Positions 41,120-55,082 of a stretch of 64,000 nucleotides of DNA are shown piece by piece. The position numbers and the translations under genes are program-made. The stretch covers positions 223,324,001 to 223,388,000 of the forward strand of contig OX597814.1 in NCBI GenBank assembly GCA_951406725.2, given 5' to 3'. Below the pieces are notes generated by a model. It was not told where the DNA came from, did no database searches, and saw only the letters and a list, made by a program, of their open reading frames with translations. This DNA is from Octopus vulgaris (lineage: Eukaryota). How positions within the stretch are numbered: position 1 is the stretch's first letter; each line of letters opens with the position of its first letter.

Positions 41120-41640
41120 TGAAATACGTAGGGCCTCAGGGAACGACTGCAACCAGCATTATGTACAATGACTCCCTACAAACATACTCGATCTTCCAGA
41201 ATATGGAAGCTGGGCAAAATTATAATAATCCTAAAATTCCACGAATACTTAAGCGAAATAACAAACTGTTCGCTAACATTCCCATGGGCACCTCCAAAAG
41301 CTCTGAGGCTGATAATTACTAGCACAAATTCACATATCTCCTCCCTAAAGCAACAATGAAAATTACATGTGGCTTCCAGAAAAAGAACTTTCTTCAAATA
41401 TCAATCTTTCGATTGGTGTTCCTGTCGACATCAGCAAAACTCTCGACTTCGACTCCATTACCCACTAATACAAACATTAATTAAGACAGCCTTAAGAGAC
41501 AACTCAAAACGCATTGCAAGACGTTGATCCCCTGTAGTGTAGAAGAAGAACAATACTCCAAGAACCTGGGGTACATTAAGTATCATTTCTCTGATCAGCT
41601 CCTTTAAACCTAAAGGCACAAAAGAAGTGACGCGATTTAC
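41120..41640 (+). pseudogene. Highly degenerate LINE RT (Jockey/I-like)
   Basis: RIWKLGKIIIILK, GFQKK and VDISKTLD (resembles the DxxKAFD motif) in broken frames. Confidence 0.5.
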
Positions 41641-41694
41641 GACAGTACTTTTTCGTACTGGAGGCAAACACACACACACATACACACACACACA

Positions 41695-41745
<51 letters not shown>

Positions 41746-42430
41746 CGAGTCAGTCCGCGGGGCAAAGTAAGACGTCTCTTATCTAATGTTGTGTGAGGTG
41801 GGAGGGATCGAGACCGGAATCGCATTGTTAGGAAGACAAATTCTTAATCACAGGGCCATTTTCTGATCAGAGGTTATGAGTATGGCATTGTGGCTATTAC
41901 GTCAATACCGACCTCATCCGCTCTATCATCATATATTTTAATGAGATACATCAAGCTTCCATCTAATAATGTTGTCCAATTATTAACTGTTATAACTCTA
42001 GTCGATATTATTGTTCATTTGTTCAAGTTGTAATTATTTCCGGATCATTTATTCAGGAATTCCAATTGTCATCAAATATTTGAAGAAATCAGTAACGAAT
42101 GAATCTGAATACGTCGGAATGCTTGTAAAATATTCTTTGTTGTCGACGCAGTTGTTGAAACCCGAGGTCAGCCACGATTGAAAACATCTACAATCATAGA
42201 TATTCCAGCCGTGACCATACCGTCTTCTTCCTATGGACAAGAACCGAAGCCGACATTAACCAATTTAAGTGGAGCAGGGTAGGGTGTGAATCTAAGGAAG
42301 ACTTTGGCACTATTTCTTGCAGTCCAAGCAACGAGGTAAGACTCTAAATAGTTTCTAAATACATTTTGCATATAATATGATAAAAACTTTGTGTAGGAAG
42401 GTAAGTTCGAGTTCTTTTCCTCTAATTATA

Positions 42431-43500
42431 CACTGAAATACAAAAGAAACGTCGAAATGTAAGATTATTTGCTTCACACACAATATTGAGATTATATGGA
42501 TTTCATCACATTTCTAAGTTATTTGACATTACGAATATGTCACTGAGCCACGACCCCGCTTTCTCTTCAAAACACAAGGATTGCATGAAGGTTTCGTACT
42601 CGCTCACTTTCGTGAACATGGTAATGCTCGGGATCGCATTTTTATGGAAAGTATGATGCACGTGCAAAACGTTGACTTCTTGGGTATAAAAGGCACCCAA
42701 ATTTACCAGCCTGTCTTTCGTTTCCCGAACGCAGCAAGCATGCGAAGACTAATACGAAATCAGAGCGAAAAAGTCATGGGTCATTGCTGATGACTTGAAC
42801 TACAGTATTCGGACAATTAAGCAACTGAGAGAAAGATACATTGCCACAAACAGCACGGATGATCGTCCACGCAGTGGCCGACCGAGGGTTACAACGGCTC
42901 ATCAAGATCACCATGCACCGACAGCACTTGCAGGACCGATTCCAGAGGGCAACGGAATCAGCTATTAGAGACCATAGGGACTCAGCAGCTGTGCAGAGAC
43001 AGTTCGCTGCCGGCTGAGATCTTTCACCATACTTACAGACCGCCACGACGGGTACGTCTGTAGTGGGCTCTAAAACGTCAGAAAACTTAGGGTTTGGAGA
43101 AGAAGGGGTGAACGCCATGCCAACAGCTGTGTGGTGGAGAGAGACTCATGGAGAGGACAGAGCATTATGGTATGGGGCGGTATTGCATTCAGCCAGAAAC
43201 TTGGACCTCTGGTCTTCCAGAACATCGACCAAGGCTGTGGCGATGGAGTAACATCGCCACTTCGACCAAGTGTTGAGGCTTCACATTGTGATATACTTTG
43301 CCCGTCATCGGAATTACGTGTTCCAACACGACAAAGCCCATTCCCATATACCAGGTTGACAACAGACTTCTTCCAAGAGCACAACATCCTAAAGAGCATG
43401 TGTGAGAAAAGATCCAAAGAAGACTAAATGACATCCGTCCAAGGCCGATAACTGTAGCACAACTCAGTGCAAGTTTTAACAGAGTGTAGGCTATCATAAA
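42431..43500 (+). mobile_element. Tc1-family transposon remnant
   Basis: TA-CACTG start. Motifs DRPRSGRPRVTT, SIMVWGGI and VFQHD. Frameshifted; right end uncertain. Confidence 0.8.
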
Positions 43501-43606
43501 AATATAGTGCGCGTGTTTATTTGGCAAATAAATAAATTTTTTAAAAAATAAATGAAATGACCATCCCGAAGTACAACAATATATATATGTATATATATAT
43601 GTATGC

Positions 43607-43638
<32 letters not shown>

Positions 43639-43639
43639 A

Positions 43640-45188
43640 CCAAATTTTATTAATCTTTAGCTCATGGACATCATTGATGATGTGAAAGTGACCCCGTCAT
43701 TAGTCTCGGATCATAACATAATAGACCTGTCTATGTTTGGGTCGAGAGCAACCAGAGACATACAGCCTAAATGAAGCACCGGAAATCTCTCCAATCAAAA
43801 CTTCCACAAAGCAGACTGGAAATTGATCCAAAAAGAGATCATCAGACAGGACAGGCCGAAATGTTTCATGTCTTTTGTGCAAGCCATATGCCAGAAATAT
43901 GTCCCAGAGAACAAGGCCAAAACAAATAGGAACAAGATTCCAAGGGAGACAAAGATCCTCATGAGACTACGGACGAAGGTTGCAAACCGACTCAACCAAC
44001 ATCCCAAAAGTTGCGAAAGATCCCGGCTAAAAACAACACTGGTGGAGATTGAAAAAAGACTGCAACAATTCTATGTGAGGGAGAGAGCATACAAAGAACC
44101 TTGGATTATAAAAAACATTAAGGCCTTCTTTCATTACGCGAAAGAAACAGCCTCAGTACGCTGCAAGATAGGATCCCTCTTCCAAAAGGATGGCTCCCTC
44201 ACAGACAGTTCAACCAGGATCAGTGAGGTACTGAATGACCAGGTCAAAAGTGTCTTTACCACCTCGTTGGAACACAGACAAGTGATCGATCCAGAGGACT
44301 TTTTGCCGCCTCACCTATAACCGACAAGGCAATTACGATGGAATACATCGACATTAGCGAAGAAGATATACTACTGGCCATAGCTGAAGTGGATACAAAC
44401 ACAACTGCTGGTCCTGATGGTTTCTCAGCAATCCTCCTCAAATCGTGTAAGCGTACTCTGGCAAATTCCCTCCAGATTCTCTTCCAGAGCTTTCTTGCAA
44501 ATGGCAGACTGCCAAGCAAGCCGAAGGAGGGAATAATATGGCCAATACATAAAGGGGGAACTAGAGCCGATGCCAAAGATTATAGGCCTATCTCTCTGAC
44601 TTCACGCATCAGCAAAGTCATGGAACGGATAGTCAGAGGGAAACTAATCGCATTCTTTGAAGAAAATAACTTGCTGGGTGATACCCAGCATAGTTTCCGA
44701 CCAGGTAGGAGCTGCTGACTCAGCTCTTACAACATTATGACTGGGTATTGAGGCAGTTACTCAACAACACAAATGTGGACGTAATATAACCTGCTTTTGC
44801 AAAAGCCTTTGACAAAGTGGATCATGGTATGATATGCCACAAACTGCGTGATCTCAGCATAGCTGAAAAACTTGGAGAGCGGTTACATGACTTTCTAAAA
44901 GGTAGAAGTCAGGCAGTAGTGGCCAATGGAGCGACTTCAATGAACACACAAATAGTGAGCGGTGTTACACAGGGCACTGTCTTGGGACTACTGCTTTTCA
45001 TAGTAGCCCTCTCAGATATGCCCTCAACTGCCCGGATAGCCACCCGTGCTAGCTACGCAGAGGAAAGTCTCGCAGAAAGTACAGAATCCCAGGGGTGTTG
45101 CACATCTGCAGCAGGAGTTGGACTCAATTTACAGATGGGCTGAGGAAAATAATATCCAGTTTAATACTGAAAAATTCCAAACCCTGCG

Positions 45189-45190
<2 letters not shown>
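43640..45190 (+). pseudogene. CR1-type LINE ORF2 remnant (end of APE domain + RT)
   Basis: SDHNII, AGPDG, YRPISLTS, QHSFRPGRSC, FAKAFDKVDH, SGVTQGTVLG and WAEENNIQFN. Several stops and frameshifts. Breaks off at (TA)n. Confidence 0.9.
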
Positions 45191-45280
<90 letters not shown>

Positions 45281-45482
45281 GGATGCGACAAATGCATATA
45301 ATTGAATTTATTGTTTATAATATGTATCTATATGTTATATATATGTATATCCTCTGTATATAATACATATATGTATATATGTATAATATATTTGTATATA
45401 TATATATCATGACATATATTATCTATTTATATATTTCTGTAAAAATATATAATATTTCATAGAGCACTTATATATATATATT

Positions 45483-45557
<75 letters not shown>

Positions 45558-45682
45558 CTATATGTATATATATGTATATATATGTATATATACATATATG
45601 TATATATGTATATATATGTATATATATATATATATATACATATATTCTATTTATATATAGTAAAAATATATAATATTTATAT

Positions 45683-45759
<77 letters not shown>

Positions 45760-45904
45760 GATATATATATATGTATATATATGTATATATATATGTATAT
45801 ATATGTATATATATATATATTATATATATGTATATATATGTATATATATATATATATATACATATATTCTATTTATATATAGTAAAAATATATAATATTT
45901 ATAT

Positions 45905-45940
<36 letters not shown>

Positions 45941-45960
45941 ATATATATATATATATACAT
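45191..45960. repeat. (TA)n low-complexity tract with an internal ~220-bp tandem duplication
   Basis: TATATTCTATTTATATATAGTAAAAATATATAATATTTATATT occurs at ~45641 and ~45863. Confidence 0.85.
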
Positions 45961-46888
45961 AATAGATATAAACGTTGTGTCTGGAGTTTCTCTTTTGGTG
46001 TCCTATAATTTTACATATTCACCGGTAAAATTTCCACTTATTTCTTTTTTATTTTTCTAAATTTTCGTTGTGTCTTGCAAACTTTTCAATGGTTTTGACT
46101 CTGTATGTTTGTGTGTATGTGTGTGTGGATCAGTGTGTGTGCACCTGTACATGCATGCAAGTATGTATGTACGTATGTATGCATGTATGTATGTATGAAT
46201 GTACACATGCATGTATGTGTGTACATGTCGGAGTGTGTGTGTGTTTTGCAACTATGTACCGTGCATTTCCATATATGTGGACGTGTGTCTCCATATGTGT
46301 CCTTGTGTGAAGGACATATATATATGTATGTATATATATATATATATATATATACACGCTCCTATCACACACCTACCTCCACATATAAAAACACATGCAT
46401 ACCCGTATAAATGAAGAGGTCGTGTGCATGAAAGTCGCACTAATCCACCGGACATAGTGTCACACTCATATATATACATGTACATATACTCTCATATATA
46501 CACATTCACACAAATAAAAAGGAAAAAGAAAAAATGAAAAACTATATATAGAAAATAAAAAATTTATGGATATTTGGTTAATGAGAGAGACAGAAGACGG
46601 AAGATATGAGAATTTTTTTTATTAATCACTACAATTGTTTCGAGCCATCTAGCATCATTCCTTCCTTCAGGAGCATCTGACGGTATAGATGTGTCTCTTC
46701 TGATGATAAAATAACAGCTCCGTAAGCTATCTTCTCCGTTCGTTTAAAGAAAAGTTGTAAAGTAAAGGATATAGATTCATTTATATAGACAATCTATAAT
46801 ACAAAATAGTAGATGCAAAAAAAGCAACGAACATGTATAGATTATGTATGTATGTGTGTATGTATGTATGTGTATATATATACATTTA

Positions 46889-47100
46889 TTCTTTTACTCT
46901 TTTAATTGTTTCTGTCATTTGACTGCGGACATATATATGACGGTCCTCCACGCAGAGTACGTCGACCAAATACATTCACAAAGAATTCGTCGGCCCGGGA
47001 CTACAGAAGAATAGTAAAAAATATTTCCCCCAGTTAGGCTGAGTGTTAGAGAATCCGAAACCATATAGTTGCAAAAAAATACTGTTTATTACACGGCCAT
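46889..47100 (-). mobile_element. SINE family D, internally deleted and degenerate
   Basis: TTGTTTCTGTCATTTGACTGCGG tail and GTCGGCCCGGGACTA body. Confidence 0.55.
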
Positions 47101-48539
47101 TAACCACTTAGTTAATTATAATTTATTCCTAAAATACCAACTTAAGACGAGTGAGTGAAGTTCCGTTTGTTCCTTTTTTATTATTGGAGTGTCTTGGAAA
47201 TCAATTCATTTCGATGCAAACCTGCGAATATTTTTGACCAAGAAAGTTTAAGATATAAAAATATACATAATTAGAATTTCAGTTTGAGAATGGGAAGATA
47301 ATCTGATCGGCGCCATTCTGGCAGTTACCCACACCTGCAAAATTAGCAAAATGTGTATCGTGAATTTTAGAACTACTTGTCTTATCTATATCTTTAGAAG
47401 GTTTTCCTTTTCAGCAAGTTAATTTAATATTAACTGGCTCCTCTCCTTACATCAGTGAAATTTTCCTTTCTCTCACTCCCCGCTCTCTCTCTCTCCGTCT
47501 CTATAACATATTAACCAATCAACCATGCTTTGTCAATGATAGTTAAATATGGACAAGAGAAAACTCAGCACACAATAATTTGTGATTCTGTAAATGATGT
47601 CTAATATTTGAATAAGAGTTCGGCCATAAATCAAGAGCCATAAAACTTCAGCACACTATATCAGTCGATAGACAATTAATATATGTTCCGAACTAGATAT
47701 TTGTCAATAGATTTATAATCTCTAATTTTTACATTGTTTTGTTATACGATGGGCATTTGTTGAATAGACGCAAGTAATGTCGGAATCTATTTCTGCAAAA
47801 GTTATCTTTAGTATAACTCATTGTGCAACTCACATAATTAACAATAGACTATGAGTTATTAGCAATGGAATTATCTGTTGAAAAGAAGATGCATTCTTTT
47901 GCGAATCCTATGTAACATGTATGTTTAAACACTATACATACAACACCTATCACAAGCTTATCATGCTTTAAGCTTGATAGATTATGAATGAATATATCTT
48001 CGGGAAAGCAAAGGACATAATATAATGCAACCTATGACATAGATTATTACATTCATCAATGTTGTGTGTGTGTGTGTGTGTACTTTGATATTCTCTTAAT
48101 CAGATGTGGTAGATATTTATCTTTGTGTGTGAGAATAGACTAGTGTGAGCGTGTTTATGTGTGTGTGTCTGACTACATGTCTGTGGGTGTGGAGAAAATG
48201 TATATACACATGGATAAAGAGAGAAACGCATAAATAGAATCATACCTATAGAGAAGCATGAATCGAAAGATGCCTATATATTATACTGATAGACAAATAT
48301 ACACTTTATACAGCATCTCAGTAGCCTAAACGTAGGATCTGAAGAGCGGCGAACCACTCTATGTCTAAACTTTTTAATGGATGCTTATATGCATATTACA
48401 CAGACCAATCGTTTACCCAGCAGTGTCCAAAGCCCATAATTTTCACCATGATCATCGTCGTCATCTTTTTCGTCGCTGCTAGTGTTGTTGCTGATGCTAT
48501 TATTTTGTGGTTCACATAGCATTTCGTTTTTCTGTCGGT

Positions 48540-49570
48540 ATTTGATTTCTAGATATCAAACTGGATCCTGCAGCCTTAGTTTGCTGTTACCTTTCTCATA
48601 GTACTTACTGTACGGAGTAACATTTTCTGTTGAGCCAGGAAATTCGTCTCGGTATAAACATCTTTGAGCCACCATTCAAATTTCTTTCAAGTATTCCAAA
48701 ACCTCCTATTGCTAAAGAAATAGTTTACAGATATTCCATCGAATGGAATAACATCAATTCAGGAACACCCAAACTTTACGAAGGACTACAATGAGGGCGT
48801 AAAAGCTCTATTTGCTTAACAGTTTGAAGTTTCATTTCTAAAATTCCTTTACATAGTCATTTTCAAGTGTGTTCTCTGTAACGGCCACGCCCTTTTCGTA
48901 TCTGTTCACCTCTATATTTTTCCACGATTTGCCATTGTATCAAGTAGCAACTTTGTCGTGTCTCCAATTTTATAGGCCCTCTGATTATCATCTTATATTT
49001 TGAGATTATTTGAGAAACAAACATCCTCCGTTTCATCACGCATTCTCCATTCAACCAAGATGTCTCCCTTATCGATGTTGTTCCTGCTGTATTTGATTTC
49101 TTCAATTATTTCACCCTGCGTGGTTAAATCCAAACCCCCTAAGACTTTCTTTAAAACCCCTTATTTAACCACTGAAGATTTTTCTGATCATCCTAACCAT
49201 CAGTACTACGAAATGATTTTCTGTGTAACCAATTGTGTTTGTGTTGTTGCTATCTAGCTTATAGACCTTCTTTTTTCTTCTAACACATCTTACAACCACT
49301 AAAAGCATCGCTTCGCTTCCTTAACCTTTCTACTACTTCCACACTGTTGCCTACACTATTGCACGTCCCTTCCCGCATTCTTTTCATCACTAAGCTATCT
49401 GCTTCTTGATGTAAAGCCCTGCAGAGGGTCAGCAATTTCTTTGTAATTTTGTTCTTGTTCTCAAATGTTTCCTTTCGTTATTTGATTATTTTCTGAATCT
49501 CTATCGAATGATAACCACAATTCTTGAGTTTATGGCAGTGATAGCATTTATGCGATTCAGTGTGGATTAT
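48540..49570 (-). pseudogene. Very old LINE remnant (CCHC-like ORF1 end + APE endonuclease)
   Basis: Minus strand IKCYHCHKL (zinc-knuckle-like), then IRETSWLN (resembles ETWL), K-G-V-A and AIGGF (resembles IGDFN) in broken frames. Confidence 0.4.
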
Positions 49571-49746
49571 AATATTCTACTAATTCTTTGGAAATAATCT
49601 TTGCTGATTTTAATATTCTTTGTTATAAGCTGTTTGTCATCAGCTTCCAAAACACCCGGATACATATTTCCATAATCCATATTAAACTCCGTATATTCTT
49701 CTTCTTCAGTAAATTTATAATAACAACTATTAGTATTGTTATCATT

Positions 49747-50238
49747 GAGTGAAAGAGCAGTGCATACCATCAAAATGACAGTGGGGTAAAATATACGAAG
49801 TCCAGTATAACCATCATGATGACATGTCTGATAAGGGCACACCAGGCATATGCATCACAGCCATATCTGCGCAACATGGTGATCTTATATCAAGATAAAC
49901 AGGAGGGCCCAGTTAGACTTTTCTACAGATCGAATAGCCCATCTCGCTCAAATGGTACTGAAATAAGAGTTGTTTAAGGATGTTGAACGAAACACTAATC
50001 TTTCCAGAGGTGAATTATTCAAACTCAAAATTTCCTCTTAACACATGGATATGATGCTCCGCTACTATTTCTGCAAGTGATCAGAGACGCACATATCATC
50101 AGCCACTAAGGGTCAAGCAAAAGCAAATGACAAGCAAGTCTGTGGTATTGAGCAGAATATTTGTTGTAGACCCTCTTTCATACCAAGTCAAAACATGTAA
50201 ATGATAACACTTCAAATCAGTTAAGATCAGAAGTTATG
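49747..50238 (-). mobile_element. Non-coding TAA-associated element, copy 3
   Basis: Reverse complement of ~27135-27659, with internal deletions. Confidence 0.8.
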
Positions 50239-50257
50239 TAATAATAATAATAACAAA

Positions 50258-50643
50258 GGCGGCGAGCTGGCAGAAAGGTTAGCACGCCGGGCGAAATGCG
50301 TAGCCTTATTTCGTCTGCCGCTACGTTCTGAGTTCAAATTCCGCCGAGGTCGACTTTGCCTTCCATCCTTTCGAGGTCGATAAATTAAATAGCAATTACG
50401 CACTGGGGTCGATGTAATCGACTTAATCCGTTTGTCTGTCCTTGTTTGTCCTCTCTGTGTTTAACCCCTTGTGGGTAGTAAAGAAATAGGTATTTCGCCA
50501 GTCTTTATGTTCTGAGTTCAAATTCCATCGAAGACTACTTTGCATTTCATCCTTTCGAGATCGATAAATTAAGTACCATTTGCGTACTAATCGACTAGCC
50601 TCCTCCCCAAAAATATCGAGCCTTGTGCCTAGACTAGAAAATA
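50258..50643 (+). mobile_element. SINE family C dimer (full long-tail unit + 5'-truncated short-tail unit)
   Basis: Unit 1 spans 50258-50488. Unit 2 restarts at GGTATTTCG (50489) and runs into (TTA)n. Confidence 0.85.
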
Positions 50644-50644
50644 C

Positions 50645-50696
<52 letters not shown>

Positions 50697-50740
50697 GTTA
50701 TTATTATTATTACTACTACTACTACTACTACTACTATTTA

Positions 50741-52075
50741 AGACACTGCACAGTATCCAATATCGTGATGTTGTTGATTGAAGATATTGTATTGCGTGTA
50801 GCGGGGTTTGTAATGTCTGTCAAATAAAACAAGGACCTTATGCAATATGCGTGCAGTTCCGAGTAATGCCGACTTTTGTAATACACCTAGATTGCGTGTT
50901 ATTTCTGAAGTTTCCAGATGTTTTTTCCAGGTTGGGTGGTATTGAATTCAGTGCTCAGATGACAATAGGGTCAAACTTTATGTTTTACCCTCATAGCTGC
51001 CTCATATTGGTGATTTCAATTCTCTGGTTTCCATATTTATCAACCTTATGTCTTTCTTTCACGATGACATGTCGTGTCTGCGTTTGTACTCTCTGTGCAA
51101 GACTTTCACAAACACTAACAATGTGAATCACACTTTCGACCCTCTTCCCACATATTCTGCAGAGGTTCGTTGCACTTGTGTGGTATATATCCCTTTCTAC
51201 GGAGTTGGAATTCAACGACTGATCCTGGGCAGCGATGATTAGGTTTACAGTATTCGTTTTTAGGTCACCCTTGTTGAGCCACTTCCATGATACTTCCTGG
51301 ACATTTGGCTAATTCCAGCGTCAGCTCTCTCTTTACTCTTTTACTTGTTTAAGTCATTTGACTTCAGCCATGCTGGAGCACCACCTTAATCGAGCAACTC
51401 GACCCCAGGACTTATTCTTTGTAAGCCCAGTACTTACTTATTCTATCGGTCTCTTTTGCCGAACCGCTAAGTGACGGGAACATAAACACACCAGCATTGG
51501 TTGTCAAGCAATACTAGGGGGACAAACACAGACACACAAACACACACGCATATATATATATATATATATACAACGGGCTTCTTTCAGTTTCCGTCTACCA
51601 AATCCACTCACAAGGCTTTGGTCGGCCCGAGGCTATAGTAAAAGACACTTGCCCAAGGTGCCACGCAGTGGGACTGAAACCGGAACCATGTGGTTGGTAA
51701 GCAAGCTACTTACCACACAGCCACTCCTGCGCCTATCATTTATTCTTAATGATGTTTCTACGTATATTAGGCTATTTGCGTTCTTCATTGCCTACTAAGT
51801 TTGTACCATGAGTTTATTGTTTGGCTTTAGTTGGGCTGTATAGAAAACTTTCAACACAACTCTATAATCCTCTCTAGTCCATTTATATGCGTTTTGCTTT
51901 AGGTGATGCTTTTGGTGGCGTCACTATAGGTCTAGGGTTAGGATTATCTTGGATCTCGTTACGTAGTAGATCGTCTTTTAGCAGCAGCCCTTTTACCCTA
52001 GTCTGGTTCTCCACTGAGTAACGCGGACCATGTTGTCCCTGGTGATGATAAATCCGGGATGAGATTAGACATGTT
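50741..52075 (-). pseudogene. Degenerate R4/Dong element between TAA tracts, split by a SINE
   Basis: Minus strand CRICGKRVESVIHIVSVC (CCHC), PIVI and LQKSALLGTA. (TTA)n on both flanks. Confidence 0.8.
51325..51734 (-). mobile_element. SINE family D, full length
   Basis: tRNA-like head GGCGCAGGAGTGGCTGTGTGGTAAG...GTTTCAGTCCC, internal (TA)/(TG) tract, tail GGTGGTGCTCCAGCATGGC. Confidence 0.85.
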
Positions 52076-52090
52076 TTATTATTATTATCA

Positions 52091-52154
<64 letters not shown>

Positions 52155-52358
52155 AGGTAGCAGAATCATTAACATATCGGGCAAAAGGCTTAAAGGCATT
52201 TCGTCCGTCCTTACGTCCTGTGTTCCAATTCCGCCGGCGTCGAGTTTCTCTTTCATCCTTTCCATGCCAATGAAATAAGTACCAGATACGGATTGGGGTC
52301 CATGGGTCCGACAAGCACCCTCTCCAAAAAGGACATGCCTTGTGCCTATAGTAGAAAG
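52155..52358 (+). mobile_element. SINE family C (degenerate)
   Basis: GCAGAATCATTA...GGCATTTCGTC...CATCCTTTC...GCCTTGTGCCTA. Confidence 0.7.
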
Positions 52359-52802
52359 ATTTTTTTGTCGTTGTTTTCTTCTTGTCGCAGGAATTAATCT
52401 TACTCCAGTTAGAATTTATACGCGTAGCGGCTTAGTACGTGTTAAAAACTCTCCATTATTTTCAACAACACGTTTATTCAATAAAATTCAAACATATTTG
52501 TCGGATTACTTTCAGCGAAACCTTACTTGTAATATCAAGCTTTATGATGATAGCAAGTTGGTTTCTGAAATATTAAGTAAATTTCTTTATATTGTATAAT
52601 CAATGATAGAAATTCCTCGAGCTATGTTTACTGAAAAGAGCTATAAAGGAATTATTTTCATTTTAACTATAAAGAACTTGGACTACATAGAAGAACATCT
52701 TAAACAGGTTATTTGTATACGGACTTTCATGGCTTTCGAAGAAACTTTTTTGAAACTTGTAGTAACATTGCAATCCTCATGTGTAACAAAATATATTGAA
52801 TA

Positions 52803-53070
52803 CATGAAATATCTAAATGGAAGAAAGGACTAATTTTACATAACATAGGATGTTACATCTGAATACTACTTTGGAGACAGATGTACTTTGAAAAGTAAAA
52901 CTTTAGGTAATTCAAAGATCAATGTACAATTGAAGACATGAAATATATAAATGAAAGAAAGGACCAACGTATATTTTACATGACATATGATGTTAAATCT
53001 GAATAGTGCTTAGGAGACAGATGTAGTTTGAATAGTAAAACTTCAGGAAACTCAAAGATCAATGTATAAT
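52803..53070. repeat. Tandem duplication of a ~130-bp unit
   Basis: 52803-52930 versus 52937-53070 (CATGAAATAT...GGAGACAGATGTA...TCAAAGATCAATGTA). Confidence 0.9.
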
Positions 53071-54340
53071 ACTCAGTAATGAAACATATGTACATTGCCA
53101 TTAAGGTTTTTTTTTTTCTTCATTTTCATCTGAGAAAGCAACAGAATAAAAATGATAAATAGCTTTGTTAATAGCTAAGTGTAAGCAAACTTTTTCGTAT
53201 ATTCAATTAAGTTTCATTTAACACAGGAAATATAGAAAAATCTATCATTATTTGACATTATTTCTCCTAGAGTAACACTTAGCATTCCGTAGACATTGCT
53301 CTACTGTGTATTACATAGCTTCTGTATGTAACATAAATGAAAGTTGCAGCCGTAATTCTTATTAGTAATCTGTAATCATTTTTGGAAATGAAATTGTCAA
53401 AATAAAACAGAGGAGGAAATATATGTAAATGTTCAACATAATATTGTAAACATAAATATTTCACTCTAGATGAAATACAGTCATCCATTATTTCGTACAG
53501 AAATTTGAGGACTAAATTATATTCTCCTGGAATTATATTTCTGAAATTGTAGACTTCTACAATAACTATTCTGTAAATTTTGTACTTATTGATTTTTAAA
53601 TTTTATAGAATATCATTTCGTATTTGATTGCTATATTTTGCCGAGTTGTTCATTGCTATAAATGAAAATAGAATACAGTATCACTAAACTAAATTTTTTA
53701 TTCACTATGGTTTGCTTAGTCATGAATGCCCTTTGGAAACACATTAGTCCTCAAATGGGGAATCTATTAAGTAATAATATCAGGCAATCGCTGGCTGAGT
53801 ACTCTCAGCGTACACAAAACACTGCACAGTGAGCGCAATATGAGCAAGTAGAAAATTCGATGTATATGGCTCAATGAAGAATATCTCCAATCCCACGTCC
53901 GAAACACTTTGTGAAGATATTTGTCTAAGACACAGAAAACATGAGGGAACCAATGAGGTTGAAGATCTTCTTTTATCATAATGGAGACAACGGAACTTGA
54001 CAAGAAACGCATCAAAACAGGTTATTGCAAAACACAGACTGAGATACTACCGAAAATGACTGCCCTGTTTTTATCAAATATAGAGAATCGAAAAACAGAA
54101 AAATTTAGGTCTAAAAAAATAGTAGCGATTACTTAAAACTATAAATTCTAATAAAGCATTGTATCAAACACACTCGTAAAATCAAACATCACAAATATTT
54201 ATAGAAATATCAGTAAAGCAGAGGCTGGGGCGATGCTGATATGACAAGTTGAAATTTTAGTGCCGAATTCAAATCACCCAGAAGTATAACGAGTTCCTAT
54301 TGTTTCTGTTGTATTTATATTAATATTGTAAGATAGCGCA

Positions 54341-54597
54341 GGCGGCGAGCTGGCAGAATCATTAGCACACCGGACAAATTGTTTAACGGCATTTCGTCCT
54401 TCTTTTGGTTCAGAGTTCAAATTCCGCCAAGGTCGACTTTGCCATTCGTCCTTTCGAGGTGAATAGAATAAGTAGCAGTTGAGCGAGTATTTTATTCTTT
54501 CGTGGTCGATAAAATAAAGTACCAATCAAGTACTGGGTCGATGTTATGGACTCGTCCCCTTCCTCAAAATATGCGGCCTTGTGCCACAATTAGAAAT
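54341..54597 (+). mobile_element. SINE family C with internal duplication, followed by compound (TTA)(GTA)(GCA) repeat
   Basis: GGCGGCGAGCTGGCAGAATC head. The TCCTTTCG...GATA block is repeated. Confidence 0.8.
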
Positions 54598-54600
54598 TAC

Positions 54601-54677
<77 letters not shown>

Positions 54678-54697
54678 GTAGTAGTAGTAGTAGTAGT

Positions 54698-54794
<97 letters not shown>

Positions 54795-55046
54795 AGCATT
54801 ATTATCATTAGAGATCCCGCGCTTTATTTCTTCCCAAGTTCAAATTGCGCCGCGGCTTTGTTTTAGTTGCATCCAAGTCAACAAAACATAACAGCAGACT
54901 TGTGCTGGGGTTCGTGATATCGGCAAACCCCTCCCCTCAAAACTTCTAGTTTTGTGCCTAAATTACAAGCAATTATTATATCCCCTAGCTGAGACTCAGG
55001 GCCGAGTTAATTTATATAAAAGAAATATAGGTAAGCGCACGCGTGT

Positions 55047-55082
<36 letters not shown>

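Noticed and set aside
43640-45190. Idea that this CR1 piece and 13006-13906 are two halves of one split element
   Set aside because: Their overlapping segment differs (RWAEENNIQFNTEKF vs KWAEKNNMLLNEDKF), their decay levels differ, and their order is reversed.
54581-54811. Poly-Ile/poly-Ser ORF
   Set aside because: Compound (TTA)(GTA)(GCA) microsatellite grown from a SINE tail.
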